The notes under the pieces are model-generated. The model was not told where the DNA came from and did not search any database. It saw only the letters and a list, made by a program, of their open reading frames with translations. Of a stretch of DNA of 64,000 nucleotides, positions 9,313-20,869 are shown one piece after another (positions within the stretch are counted from its first letter, which is position 1; each line of letters begins with the position of its first letter). Origin of the DNA: Bacillales bacterium UBA5348 (GTDB lineage: Bacteria > Bacillota_I > Bacilli_A > RF39 > UBA660). Location: positions 68,586 through 132,585 of the forward strand of contig DHQC01000013.1 in assembly GCA_002411005.1 (NCBI GenBank), written 5' to 3'. A program made the translations under genes and the position numbers.

Positions 9313-11118
9313 ATGGAAATAAGGCTAAAAGAGCGTAGTGAAATAGAAGAAAAATATAAGTGGGATTTATCAATAATGTATAAAGATGATATGGAGTGGA
9401 ATAACGATTTTGATAAATTGCGTAATGATATGCAGGAGTTTTCAAAATATAAGGGAGTGTTAGGAAACAGTTCAAGTGATTTGTTATTAGCATTACAGGA
9501 AAAGGATAACTTAAATAGAAGGTTTGAAAAACTGGCTTCCTACGCAATGAGGAAAAGTGATGAAGACACTAGGGATATGGATGGAGCTAAGCTAAAAAAT
9601 ATGATCTTTAGTTTAGGGGCTGAGTTTGTTGAAATATCTTCATTTTTTGATCCTGAAATAATTAGTATTGGTAGGAATAAAATAGAACAGTTTATAGATG
9701 AAAAAGAAGCTCTTATGACTTATTGTCATTATTTAGAAAATATTATTCGTTTTAAAGAACACACTTTATCTTTGGAAGAAGAAAAAATCATGGCTAATGC
9801 GAGTGAAGTTTTATCTGCCCCTAGCAAGATCTTTACAATGCTTAATAATGCAGATATTAAATTTGAAAACATTAAAGATGAAGACGGTAACGTTGTTGAA
9901 TTAACTAATGGCAATTATAGTAAGTACATTTCATCTCATGATAGGAATGTTAGAAAGGATACTTTTAAAGTCTTGTATAAAGGTTATAAAGGTCTAAAAA
10001 ATACTTTTACTGAGGTTCTTATTGGGGATATTAAAGCTCATTATTTTGAATCTAAAAACAGAAAATTTTATAGTCCTTTAGAAATGTCACTTTTCAATAA
10101 TAATATTGATATTAAAATTTATTATAATGTTATAAAAGTAGTAAATATGAATTTAAATAAAATGCATAAGTATGTCAAAATGAAGAAAGATCTTTTAGGG
10201 CTAGAAGAGCTACATATGTATGATTTTTATGTTGCATTAATTAAGGAATATGATATTGAATACACATATGATGAAGCATTAAATCTTGTTTTTAAGGCAC
10301 TTACACCATTGGGGGAAGAATATATTAAAAATACTAAAGAGGCTTTTGATAAACGCTGGGTTGATGTGTATGAAAATAGGGGAAAGAGGACTGGTGCTTA
10401 TAGTTCTTTCGGTTATGATACCCCACCATATATTCTCTTAAATTATAATGGTAAGCTTCATAGTGTGAGTACTATTGCTCACGAGTTAGGACATTCACTG
10501 CATTCATATTATTCGGCTTTAAAACAACCATATATATATCATGAATATTCAATTTTCGTTGCTGAAGTAGCTTCTAATGTAAATGAAGTACTTTTAAACA
10601 TGTATATGATTGATAATGCTAAAAACAGGCAAGAAAAGATGTCTCTTATAAATGATTTTTTAGAAAGTGTAAAAGGATCAATATATCGTCAGACTATGTT
10701 TGCTGAATTTGAGAAAAAAATATATGAGCTTGAAAAGGACAAAAAGCCTTTAACAGAGCAAGCATTTAGTGATTTATATTACGAATTAAATAAAAAATAT
10801 TATGGAGAGGACATTATATCTGACGAAGAAATAAGATATGAATGGATGAGAATACCCCATTTTTATTATCAATTTTATGTTTACCAATATGCTACTGGTT
10901 TAGCAACTGCATTCTTTATAGCGAACAACATTTATAATGGTGATATTGCTTTTAGAGATAAATATATAAAATTTTTATCTAGTGGTAGTAGTGATTATCC
11001 AGTAGAACTCCTAAAAATACTTGGCGTAGATATGAAAAACGAAAAAACAATGCAGTGTATTCTTGATTACTTTGATACACAAATTGAGGAATTTCTTAAA
11101 CTAGCAAAAGAAAAATAA
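9313..11118 (+). CDS. pepF: oligoendopeptidase F (M3B family)
   Basis: 601 aa; zinc motif HELGHSLH; overall PepF-like. Confidence 0.85.
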   Translation: MEIRLKERSEIEEKYKWDLSIMYKDDMEWNNDFDKLRNDMQEFSKYKGVLGNSSSDLLLALQEKDNLNRRFEKLASYAMRKSDEDTRDMDGAKLKNMIFSLGAEFVEISSFFDPEIISIGRNKIEQFIDEKEALMTYCHYLENIIRFKEHTLSLEEEKIMANASEVLSAPSKIFTMLNNADIKFENIKDEDGNVVELTNGNYSKYISSHDRNVRKDTFKVLYKGYKGLKNTFTEVLIGDIKAHYFESKNRKFYSPLEMSLFNNNIDIKIYYNVIKVVNMNLNKMHKYVKMKKDLLGLEELHMYDFYVALIKEYDIEYTYDEALNLVFKALTPLGEEYIKNTKEAFDKRWVDVYENRGKRTGAYSSFGYDTPPYILLNYNGKLHSVSTIAHELGHSLHSYYSALKQPYIYHEYSIFVAEVASNVNEVLLNMYMIDNAKNRQEKMSLINDFLESVKGSIYRQTMFAEFEKKIYELEKDKKPLTEQAFSDLYYELNKKYYGEDIISDEEIRYEWMRIPHFYYQFYVYQYATGLATAFFIANNIYNGDIAFRDKYIKFLSSGSSDYPVELLKILGVDMKNEKTMQCILDYFDTQIEEFLKLAKEK

Positions 11119-11123
11119 GCGTT

Positions 11124-12398
11124 TTAGGAATGCTTATTTTTTGTGTTGAAAATATTTTTCAAAGAGCTTAGTCTTAAATATGTATTGTAGGTTTGTTTGT
11201 TAATAATTAAATTAAATTCTCCAATATATTCTACAACCTCTACGTTAAACCCTTTTTTAAATTCGTATAGTCCATAAAGAGGATCGCTTTTGTCAAAATT
11301 GCCTGTTATCCCATTGTGGTGAACAGAGGAATACCCTTTTTTTGTGAATTCATTTATTACAGCCCATTTAATTAAATGATTTGCAGAAAATGATTTAAAC
11401 TTTTCGTTGTATCCATCAATTAAAAAGAATGCCTCTTTATTATATTTAATAACGGCAGATGTAGCTATTACAACTTCATTTGGGTAGGCCTTAAATAAAT
11501 TGTTAGCATTAACAACATCGTTTTTATATACACTAAGTAATCTATCTGAGCTCATTTTTAAACTGATATATTTATTTTTCTTTTTACTCTTGGTGTTCTT
11601 TTGAACTAAATTTGTTATTTCACTGTTATATTTTAATTCATTTTCATATAAATTCTTACTTGTTTTCATATAAACTGCAGGATCTAATTTAGCAAAATAA
11701 ATGTCAAACATATCGTTTTTTGAGAATATTTCGTAATAATCAAAATAATAATTTAATTTTCTTGAATGTTTTTTACCAACCAAACTATAAAAGAGTTTTA
11801 AATCATTTCTATTACCCTTATATATTGTGACACCTCTTTTATAACTTTTTCTTATTTTATTTCTTGTTTCTTTATTAAATGAAGAAAAGGTTTGAGTAGA
11901 TGAGTTGTTTAACTTTGTAACAATATTCCATCTTGGTTTTGCTGTTTCAAAATTAAGATTAAATCCAAAATGAATATAATTCAGTTTTCCCAGAAGCTCA
12001 ATTAGATTTTCGTTATTAACACCACTTGGAATTGGGTTGCCCTTAATATCTCGCTCAACATGTATAACGTAGGGATCGATTGTAATATATATATAGCCTA
12101 GGCGAAACAAATAATTTTTAAGTAATTTTGTAAAGGTAGCTACTAAATTAAAATCATTAAAATCAATCAAAAAACCACGCGGTGCATAGCCAACTTTAAA
12201 ATTTCCTAATTTTTTATAACTTAGGATAAGGGTTGCTCCAATCAAATTATTACCATCATCTAACAAACCAACGTAAATATCAATATAGCCGTGACGATTC
12301 ATCAAAGCCCCATATTGACTAGTTTGGTAGAAATTATGATTTTTATGATTAAAAGCAAATTTATCAAATTGTTCTTTAGTTAATTCTATTATTTGCAT
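11124..12398 (-). CDS. FemAB-family peptidoglycan interpeptide-bridge aminoacyltransferase
   Basis: ~425 aa; FemA/FemX/MurM-like sequence throughout; probable start MQIIELTKEQ with AGGAA RBS (the track ORF extends 3 codons further to 12407). Confidence 0.7.
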   Translation of the reverse strand: MQIIELTKEQFDKFAFNHKNHNFYQTSQYGALMNRHGYIDIYVGLLDDGNNLIGATLILSYKKLGNFKVGYAPRGFLIDFNDFNLVATFTKLLKNYLFRLGYIYITIDPYVIHVERDIKGNPIPSGVNNENLIELLGKLNYIHFGFNLNFETAKPRWNIVTKLNNSSTQTFSSFNKETRNKIRKSYKRGVTIYKGNRNDLKLFYSLVGKKHSRKLNYYFDYYEIFSKNDMFDIYFAKLDPAVYMKTSKNLYENELKYNSEITNLVQKNTKSKKKNKYISLKMSSDRLLSVYKNDVVNANNLFKAYPNEVVIATSAVIKYNKEAFFLIDGYNEKFKSFSANHLIKWAVINEFTKKGYSSVHHNGITGNFDKSDPLYGLYEFKKGFNVEVVEYIGEFNLIINKQTYNTYLRLSSLKNIFNTKNKHS

Positions 12399-12531
12399 AT
12401 TCACCATTCCTATTCTTTATTATAACAAAAAAAGCTTTAAAAATAAAGGAATATGTTTTACATTTTTTTGCTCTATGTGATTAACAATTTAAAGCAAATA
12501 TAGTATACTGGATATTAGGAAAAGAGTTGGT

Positions 12532-13872
12532 ATGGTGGATAATAAAAAAAAAGCTTTTGTTTTAGGGATGGCAAGAAGTGGTTATGAAGCCGCTAAATTT
12601 TTAATTAGTAAGGGATATGATGTTACACTTAACGATTCTAAAGCTGAACAGGCAAAAGACCAGATGGAGGAACTTGAATCTTTAGGCGTAAAAATGAATT
12701 TAGGTAGTCATCCAGATGACTTATTTGATGATACTTTCGACATCATAGTGAAAAATCCTGGTATTCCAAATGATCATAAATATGTTGTAAAGGCTCATTA
12801 TTTAAATATTCCTGTAATTAATGAAGTTGAGCTTGCTTTTCGTTATTTCAATCCGGGAGTGAAAATTGTTGGGGTTACAGGGACGAATGGCAAAACAACA
12901 ACGACAACAATAATTTATGAAATCTTAAAATTTGCTGGAAAGAGTGCATATTTAATGGGAAATATAGGTTATCCAATATGTTCATTTGTGTCCAAATTAG
13001 AAGATGGTGATATAGCTGTTATGGAGATTTCAGATCATCAGCTATGTAATCTCTCTGATTTTAAAACTGACATTTCAGTTTTAACTAATTTGTCAGAGGC
13101 TCATCTTGATTTTCACGGTTCTTATACTGCTTATAAAGAAATGAAAAAAAGGATTTTTAATCATCATGATAAAAGTGATATAGCTATTCTTAATTTGGAT
13201 GATAGTGAGGTTTTAGATTTAACTAAAGATATTAATTCTACTAAAAAATATTTTTCGTCTCAGTCTCCTAATGAGAATGGCTGCTCAATTGTCGATGGAT
13301 ACATTTCTTATAACGATGAAAAAATAATAAATGTTGGGGAAATAAAAGTTAAAGGAATGCACAACTATGAGAATGTAATGGCTGCTATCGTTGTAGTTAA
13401 AGAATTTGACGTATCAAATGAGGTTATAGTTTCAGTTTTAAAGAGTTTCGGTGGTGTTGAACATCGTATTGAATATGTTAATAAAATAAATAATAGAGAG
13501 TTTTATAATGATTCTAAAGCCACTAATGTAACATCAACCCAAATAGCATTATCTTCATTTACTAAACCAACAATTTTATTGCTTGGTGGTTTGGATAGAG
13601 GACATAGTTTTGATGAATTAGAAGATTATCTGAAACACGTAAAATTAATTGTTGCTTATGGTGAAACTAGATATAGGATTAATGACTTTGCTAACGAACA
13701 TAATATTAAATGTGGAAATGTCGAGACATTAGAAGAAGCTACTAATATAGCTTATGAAATGTCTGAAGAGGGTGATGTCATTCTTCTTAGTCCGGCTTGT
13801 GCTTCATGGGATCAATTTAAATCTTTTGAAATTCGTGGTAAAATGTTTAAAGAGTTTGTAAATAAGTTATAA
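12532..13872 (+). CDS. murD: UDP-N-acetylmuramoyl-L-alanine--D-glutamate ligase
   Basis: 446 aa; GVTGTNGKTTTTT P-loop, Mur ligase middle and C-terminal domains. Confidence 0.9.
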   Translation: MVDNKKKAFVLGMARSGYEAAKFLISKGYDVTLNDSKAEQAKDQMEELESLGVKMNLGSHPDDLFDDTFDIIVKNPGIPNDHKYVVKAHYLNIPVINEVELAFRYFNPGVKIVGVTGTNGKTTTTTIIYEILKFAGKSAYLMGNIGYPICSFVSKLEDGDIAVMEISDHQLCNLSDFKTDISVLTNLSEAHLDFHGSYTAYKEMKKRIFNHHDKSDIAILNLDDSEVLDLTKDINSTKKYFSSQSPNENGCSIVDGYISYNDEKIINVGEIKVKGMHNYENVMAAIVVVKEFDVSNEVIVSVLKSFGGVEHRIEYVNKINNREFYNDSKATNVTSTQIALSSFTKPTILLLGGLDRGHSFDELEDYLKHVKLIVAYGETRYRINDFANEHNIKCGNVETLEEATNIAYEMSEEGDVILLSPACASWDQFKSFEIRGKMFKEFVNKL

Positions 13873-15111
<1,239 letters not shown>

Positions 15112-15232
15112 CAAATATAAAAGTGAGATTGAAAAAGCTCACTTTTTATCTAATAATCATATATAAGGGTTATATTATATCTTTATAAAAATTTTAACTC
15201 GTGTTATAATTTAAAAATAAGGGTGATGAAAA

Positions 15233-15694
15233 ATGAAAAATGTTAAGAAAAAGAAAATAACTAAAGTTATTGTTATTGATGAGGAATCCTCTGGTGATAA
15301 AATTGGAATAAACAAATTTATTGATTGGCTAATATATATGTTTGGCTATACAGTGATTTTGATTTTTGTATCTATAATATTTAACGAAACATTTATTATT
15401 GATAATAGTTATTTTGGAATTTGGGCCTTTTTAGCTAGTATTATTATTTATATTTTAAATAAAACTATAAAACCAATAATATTTTTATTGACACTTCCTA
15501 TTACCGGTATAACGTTAGGCTTATTTTATCCTTTTATAAATGTGTTTATAATTAAAATAGCAGACTTTATTTTAGGTAGTTATTTAGATACAAATAATAT
15601 ATTTACTTTATTTTTTGTTGCTATTGCTATATCTTTAATGAATTTTCTTTTAGAAAAAACAGTTATTGAACCACTAAAGAGAAGGGAGAATTAA
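15233..15694 (+). CDS. DUF360 / phage-holin-4-like family membrane protein
   Basis: 153 aa, 4 TM segments, LPITGITLGLF / IKIADFILGSYL pattern of the YvlD-like family. Confidence 0.45.
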   Translation: MKNVKKKKITKVIVIDEESSGDKIGINKFIDWLIYMFGYTVILIFVSIIFNETFIIDNSYFGIWAFLASIIIYILNKTIKPIIFLLTLPITGITLGLFYPFINVFIIKIADFILGSYLDTNNIFTLFFVAIAISLMNFLLEKTVIEPLKRREN

Positions 15695-15695
15695 C

Positions 15696-16514
15696 ATGAA
15701 TCCATATTTAATCGACGTTGGTTTCTTTCAAATAAGTTGGTATTCTGTTTTTATATTGTTAGGGCTTTTTGTTGGTGGAACACTGTTAATTTGGGAAGCT
15801 AGAAAATTTAGAATTAATGAAGAATTCCTTTCAAATTTAATATTTTGGACTTCCATAATATCGATTATTGGAGCTAGGCTTTATTATGTAGCTTTTAATT
15901 GGGATTATTATGGAGCTAATACAATGGATATTTTAAGGATTTGGGAGGGAGGTTTAGCTATTCATGGTGCAATCCTCTTCGGTTTTATCTTTATTTGTTT
16001 TTATACAATGAAATATAAAGTTAAGTTAGTTCGCATTCTTGATATTATCGCGCCAAGCCTTATAATAGGCCAAGCTATAGGTAGATGGGGTAATTTCTTT
16101 AATCAAGAGGCCTTTGGCAGTGAAGTAACAAGAGGCTTTTTAGAAGGATTGCATATTCCTGAATTTATTATTGAAGGAATGAATATAGGTGGTATTTATT
16201 ATCATCCAACCTTTTTTTATGAGTCGTTGTGGTGTTTGCTAGGCTTTATTATCTTATTGTTTGTTAGAAGATTTTATAAATATCTTAAAAATAGCCAACT
16301 AACTGGTTTATATTTCATGTGGTATTCCTTTGGTCGCTTCTTTATAGAAGGCCTTAGAACAGATAGTTTAATGATTGGTGAATTTAAAGTTGCCCAATTA
16401 GTTTCGATAGGGTTATTTATAATTGGTTTTATTATAGTGATTTCCAAATTCAAAGGTTCAAAATTTGAAGGACTTTATAAGGAGGGGGATAATGCAAAAT
16501 CAATTAATTTTTGA
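15696..16514 (+). CDS. lgt: prolipoprotein diacylglyceryl transferase
   Basis: 272 aa polytopic; GARLYYV, WEGGLAIHG, GRWGNFFNQE Lgt signature. Confidence 0.9.
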   Translation: MNPYLIDVGFFQISWYSVFILLGLFVGGTLLIWEARKFRINEEFLSNLIFWTSIISIIGARLYYVAFNWDYYGANTMDILRIWEGGLAIHGAILFGFIFICFYTMKYKVKLVRILDIIAPSLIIGQAIGRWGNFFNQEAFGSEVTRGFLEGLHIPEFIIEGMNIGGIYYHPTFFYESLWCLLGFIILLFVRRFYKYLKNSQLTGLYFMWYSFGRFFIEGLRTDSLMIGEFKVAQLVSIGLFIIGFIIVISKFKGSKFEGLYKEGDNAKSINF

Positions 16515-17415
16515 TGTAATAGTTGTAGGTAGTGGTCCAGCTGGTATAACAGCAGCTATATATCTAAAAATGGCCAATCTGAATGTTTTAATGATAGATA
16601 GCAACGCCCCAGGTGGTCAAGTGAATAAAATATCGGTAATCGAAAATTATCCTGGTTTTTCTCATATTTCTGGCGCTGATTTAGCATATAATATGTTTGC
16701 TCAAACCCAAGATTTAGATATACCATATAAGTATGGTAAAGTTGTTGATATTATAAATGATGGAAATCAGAAGATTATAAAAACTGAAAAAGAATCTTTA
16801 CAATGTAAGGTTGTTATTATTGCGACAGGTCGTAAACCTAAAGAATTGGGTTTGCCAAATGAAAAGAACTTAATTGGAAAGGGAATAAGTTGGTGTGCCA
16901 TTTGTGACGGAGCACTATTCAAAAATAAAGATGTTATTGTTGTAGGTGGTGGAAATAGCGCTTTAGAGGAAAGTTTATATTTAAGTAATATAGCTAATAA
17001 AGTTAGTATTATTCATCGTTCAAAGGAACTATCTTGTGATGAAATATTCAAAGATCGTGTTCTTAAAAGTCCTAAAATTGATATATATCATAATGCTGAG
17101 GTTATTAAATTAAATGTTTTTAAAAATAAGCTTGAGAGTGTTGAAATAGAACAACTTGGTGAAAAACAAAAAGTAAGTGCCTCAGGAGTGTTCATATATA
17201 TTGGTTTTGAACCATCTATTTTTTATGCAGAAGGTTTAGACCTTGATGTTCATGATGGCTATATCAATGTAGATAAGGATATGAGGACGAATGTTGCTGG
17301 TGTATATGCCTGTGGTGATGTGATAAAAAAAGATTTATATCAAATTACAACTGCTATATCCGATGGTAGTGTGGCAGCTACTAGTGCTATAAAATATTTA
17401 AAAGAAATTGAATAA
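16492..17415 (+). CDS. trxB: thioredoxin-disulfide reductase
   Basis: FAD motif VVGSGPAG, redox-active CAICDG, NADPH motif VVGGGNSA; start at MQNQ after GGAGGGGG RBS (track ORF starts 9 codons upstream, inside lgt). Confidence 0.9.
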   Translation: MQNQLIFDVIVVGSGPAGITAAIYLKMANLNVLMIDSNAPGGQVNKISVIENYPGFSHISGADLAYNMFAQTQDLDIPYKYGKVVDIINDGNQKIIKTEKESLQCKVVIIATGRKPKELGLPNEKNLIGKGISWCAICDGALFKNKDVIVVGGGNSALEESLYLSNIANKVSIIHRSKELSCDEIFKDRVLKSPKIDIYHNAEVIKLNVFKNKLESVEIEQLGEKQKVSASGVFIYIGFEPSIFYAEGLDLDVHDGYINVDKDMRTNVAGVYACGDVIKKDLYQITTAISDGSVAATSAIKYLKEIE

Positions 17416-17445
17416 TTATAAACAATTTTTGGAAAGGTTGATGTT

Positions 17446-18021
17446 ATGTACAACTATGATAAAGATTTTATTAATGTATCCCAAAAAATGTTTTTTTCTG
17501 AAGAGGAAAGACAAGAGTTATATCCGATAATAGATGAGATATTAAACCACGAGCGATGGGAAGACATGAGAATTTATAAACATCATTTAGAAACGAGAGC
17601 AGTTCACTCTCTGGAAGTTTGTTGTATTGCATGGCGAAAAGCTGTTAGGAATCCTAAATGTGATGCTTCATCGGTTGCAATTGGGGCCTTACTTCATGAT
17701 TTTTTCTTTTATGATTGGCAAAAGGAGAAATCCGATCTTGATCAACATGATATTAAACTCAAAGTATATTCCCCAAAATTACATGGTTTTGTTCATCCTT
17801 TAATTGCTTATGATAATGCTAGTAAATTTTTCCCCCATCTTATGAACAAAACGATTAAGGACATCATTATCAAACATATGTGGCCGCTCACAGTTAATCC
17901 GCCTAGATATAAAGAATCATGGCTTGTTACCTTTGCTGATAAGAGTTGTTCCTTAAATGTATTAAAGTCTCCTAGAGAATTACCGTTATATATAGGAATC
18001 AAAATAAGTAATAGAAATTGA
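17446..18021 (+). CDS. HD-domain phosphohydrolase family protein
   Basis: 191 aa; H..E and GALLHDFFFYD His-Asp motif. Confidence 0.5.
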   Translation: MYNYDKDFINVSQKMFFSEEERQELYPIIDEILNHERWEDMRIYKHHLETRAVHSLEVCCIAWRKAVRNPKCDASSVAIGALLHDFFFYDWQKEKSDLDQHDIKLKVYSPKLHGFVHPLIAYDNASKFFPHLMNKTIKDIIIKHMWPLTVNPPRYKESWLVTFADKSCSLNVLKSPRELPLYIGIKISNRN

Positions 18022-18083
18022 CAATATTGGTAGTTAAAAACTAATTTGGTCAAATTGGCTTTAATTAGTTTTTTTATAGTATA

Positions 18084-19052
18084 ATGATTATGGAGTTGGT
18101 TTGTATGCAAAGAATAGTTGTTTTAGGTGGTGGGCATGGTTTATCCGTTTTACTTAAGGGCTTAAAATTATTTCCAGTTGAACTTACTGCTGTAGTAGCT
18201 GTCTCTGATGATGGTTCATCAACAGGAAAATTACGTAAGGAATATAATATTCCTGCTGTTGGTGATTTGCGTAACGTTGTTATTTCTCTCTCTGAATCAG
18301 AACCATTATTTGAAAAGTTATTTCAATATCGTTTTAAAGGTTCTAGTGATTTAGCGGGCCATCCAGTTGGCAACTTGTTACTTGCTGCTCTTACTGATAT
18401 AAATGGCAGCTTAACCGAAGCGGTAGCTTCTTTTAGTGAAATTCTTAATCTTAAAGGAAAAGTATTGCCTTTAACAGAAGATACGGTAACACTCGTTGCT
18501 CATACTAAACAAGGAGAGGTGCTAGAAGGGGAAGAGCACATTCGTAAAAGTGGTAAGGAAATTGAACGTGTTGAGTATAAAGAAAAACCTAATGTTTTAG
18601 ATGAAGTAATTACTGAAATAGAAAATGCTGATTTAATTATTTTGGGATTGGGTAGTCTTGTTACTAGTATTATCCCAAATCTTATTTGTCCTGAGGTAGT
18701 ACAAGCTATTAAAAAGAGTCAGGCAAGAGTTCTATATGTTTGCAATGCTATGACAGAACACGGTGAAACAGACAATTTCACTGTAAGTGATCATATAAAA
18801 ACACTTAATAAATATTTAGGCGAAGGTGTTGTTAATGCCGTTTTAGCTAATTCTAAACATATAGATGTTGATATTCAAGAAAGATATAAAAAACTTGAAC
18901 ATAGTGAGCCTGTTGTTGTTGATGATGAGGAAATGGAAAAACTGAAAACAAAATTAATCAAAGAAGATTTAATTGTTATTCAAGATCAAATGGTAAGACA
19001 CGATCCGATGAAAACAGCCTTTGTAATTTTTTCCTATCTTTTAAGGGAGTGA
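18084..19052 (+). CDS. yvcK: gluconeogenesis factor / YvcK (UPF0052, CofD-like) protein
   Basis: VVLGGGHGLSVLLKGLK ... VSDDGSSTGKLR motifs; followed by whiA as in Bacilli. Confidence 0.85.
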   Translation: MIMELVCMQRIVVLGGGHGLSVLLKGLKLFPVELTAVVAVSDDGSSTGKLRKEYNIPAVGDLRNVVISLSESEPLFEKLFQYRFKGSSDLAGHPVGNLLLAALTDINGSLTEAVASFSEILNLKGKVLPLTEDTVTLVAHTKQGEVLEGEEHIRKSGKEIERVEYKEKPNVLDEVITEIENADLIILGLGSLVTSIIPNLICPEVVQAIKKSQARVLYVCNAMTEHGETDNFTVSDHIKTLNKYLGEGVVNAVLANSKHIDVDIQERYKKLEHSEPVVVDDEEMEKLKTKLIKEDLIVIQDQMVRHDPMKTAFVIFSYLLRE

Positions 19053-19056
19053 TAAC

Positions 19057-19986
19057 ATGTCTTTTTCAACAGATGTAAAAAATGAGGTTGTTAGAATAGA
19101 TAACACAAATTTAGAAAATGTCGCTTTATTATCGGCATATATTAGGCAAAATGCATATATAGATAATAAAATAATAAGAATACATACTGAAAACGCTGCT
19201 ATATGTCGCTACTTATTTAAAATTGTTAAAAATGTTTATGATGTTACAAGTAAAATTATAATAAGAAAGAATTTTAATTTTAAAAAGAATTTGGTATACA
19301 TAATGGAAGTTAGTGATAAAAAAGACTTTATTTTAAAGGATTTATCTCTTTTAAATGATCAAAGTTATTTTATTAACATTCCAAAGGAATATATTATAGG
19401 TGATGATGAACTAAAAAAAGTTTATTTAAGAGGTTGTTTTATAGCTAGTGGTAGTATAAATAATCCTAAAACGTCTAGATACCATTTAGAGTTTTTAATT
19501 GATGATGCTGAATATGCTGCTTTTATTAACGATTTGTTAAATGAGTATGAGCTTAATAGCCGTATAATTAAAAGAAAGAATGGATATATGGTTTATATTA
19601 AGGAAGCTGAAAAAATCAGTGATTTTTTAAAAATTATTAAATCCTATAATGGTGTTTTGTATTTTGAAAATGTAAGGATTTATAGAGATCAGAAAAATAC
19701 AACTAATCGTCTTAATAATTGTGAACAAGCAAATATTGAGAAAACGATAAATACTGCTCTAAGACAAATTGATGATATAAAGGTTATATCTGATATGATT
19801 GGTCTTGATGCTATAGATGAAAAATTAGCCATAGTAGCTGATTTTCGTCTTAAATATCCTGAATCATCATTATTAGAACTTAGTGAAATAATAAGTCATG
19901 AATCATCCAAAAAAATTACTAAATCGTGTTTGAATCACCGCTTTAGAAAGTTAAAAGAAATAGCTGATAAAATGAGAGACCAATAA
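19057..19986 (+). CDS. whiA: sporulation/cell-division transcription regulator WhiA
   Basis: 309 aa; LAGLIDGDG-like homing-endonuclease-like domain and C-terminal HTH; conserved yvcK-whiA pair. Confidence 0.85.
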   Translation: MSFSTDVKNEVVRIDNTNLENVALLSAYIRQNAYIDNKIIRIHTENAAICRYLFKIVKNVYDVTSKIIIRKNFNFKKNLVYIMEVSDKKDFILKDLSLLNDQSYFINIPKEYIIGDDELKKVYLRGCFIASGSINNPKTSRYHLEFLIDDAEYAAFINDLLNEYELNSRIIKRKNGYMVYIKEAEKISDFLKIIKSYNGVLYFENVRIYRDQKNTTNRLNNCEQANIEKTINTALRQIDDIKVISDMIGLDAIDEKLAIVADFRLKYPESSLLELSEIISHESSKKITKSCLNHRFRKLKEIADKMRDQ

Positions 19987-20074
19987 AAGATATTTAGAGA
20001 ACATTTGATAAAAGCATTCAAAAAGGACATTATTTTTGATAAAATAGAAATATATATATAATTAGTGAAAGTAA

Positions 20075-20869
20075 GTGATTGCAATGGGAAAGGTAATATC
20101 AATTGTCAACCAAAAGGGTGGCGTTGGCAAAACAACCAGTAGTATTAATTTAGCGTCTTCTTTAGGGCTTTTAGGCAAACGAGTTCTACTTATAGATTTA
20201 GATCCTCAAGGAAATGCTTCGACTGGAGTTGGTTTTGACAAAGGTGATATTGATAAAAGTATCTATGATGCTTTAATAGGTAGAGCAGATATTAAACAAG
20301 TTATTTTTAAAACAGATTTTAAAAATCTTTATCTGACACCAGCAACAATTAATTTAGCAGGTGTTGATATTGAACTTATCGAACGAAGTAGAAATGAAGA
20401 GGGTTTCTCTAAAGTTGGACAATTAAAGAAGTGTTTGGATTCTATAAAGGACAAGTTTGATTACCTTATAATTGATTGCCCACCGTCTTTAGGAATTTTA
20501 ACGACTAATGCTTTAACTGCTTCTGATTCGGTTATTATCCCTGTACAATGTGAGTTTTTTGCTTTAGAAGGTATAACCCAATTGCTTAACACTATAATGC
20601 TAGCTCAGCGTAACCTTAATCCTGAATTAGATATAGAAGGTGTATTGTTAACAATGTTTGATTCCCGTACAAATTTAGGTTTAGAGGTAGTTGAGGATAT
20701 TAGAAGTTATTTTAAGGAAAGAGTATATGATACTATCGTTCCACGTTTGATTAGGTTATCGGAAGCGCCATCACATGGTAAACCAATAGCTGAGTATGAT
20801 TCTTCAAGTAAAGGACACCATGCTTATTTAAATTTAGCAAAGGAAGTGATTATTCGTAATGGAAAATAA
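20075..20869 (+). CDS. parA: chromosome partitioning ATPase ParA/Soj
   Basis: deviant Walker A NQKGGVGKTT; 264 aa. Confidence 0.9.
   Translation: MIAMGKVISIVNQKGGVGKTTSSINLASSLGLLGKRVLLIDLDPQGNASTGVGFDKGDIDKSIYDALIGRADIKQVIFKTDFKNLYLTPATINLAGVDIELIERSRNEEGFSKVGQLKKCLDSIKDKFDYLIIDCPPSLGILTTNALTASDSVIIPVQCEFFALEGITQLLNTIMLAQRNLNPELDIEGVLLTMFDSRTNLGLEVVEDIRSYFKERVYDTIVPRLIRLSEAPSHGKPIAEYDSSSKGHHAYLNLAKEVIIRNGK

Noticed and set aside
16465-16491. Extended trxB start overlapping lgt (MKDFIRRGI...)
   Set aside because: Relies on a TTG inside lgt. The ATG at 16492 has a GGAGGGGG RBS and yields the canonical TrxB N-terminus (FDVIVVGSGPAG).
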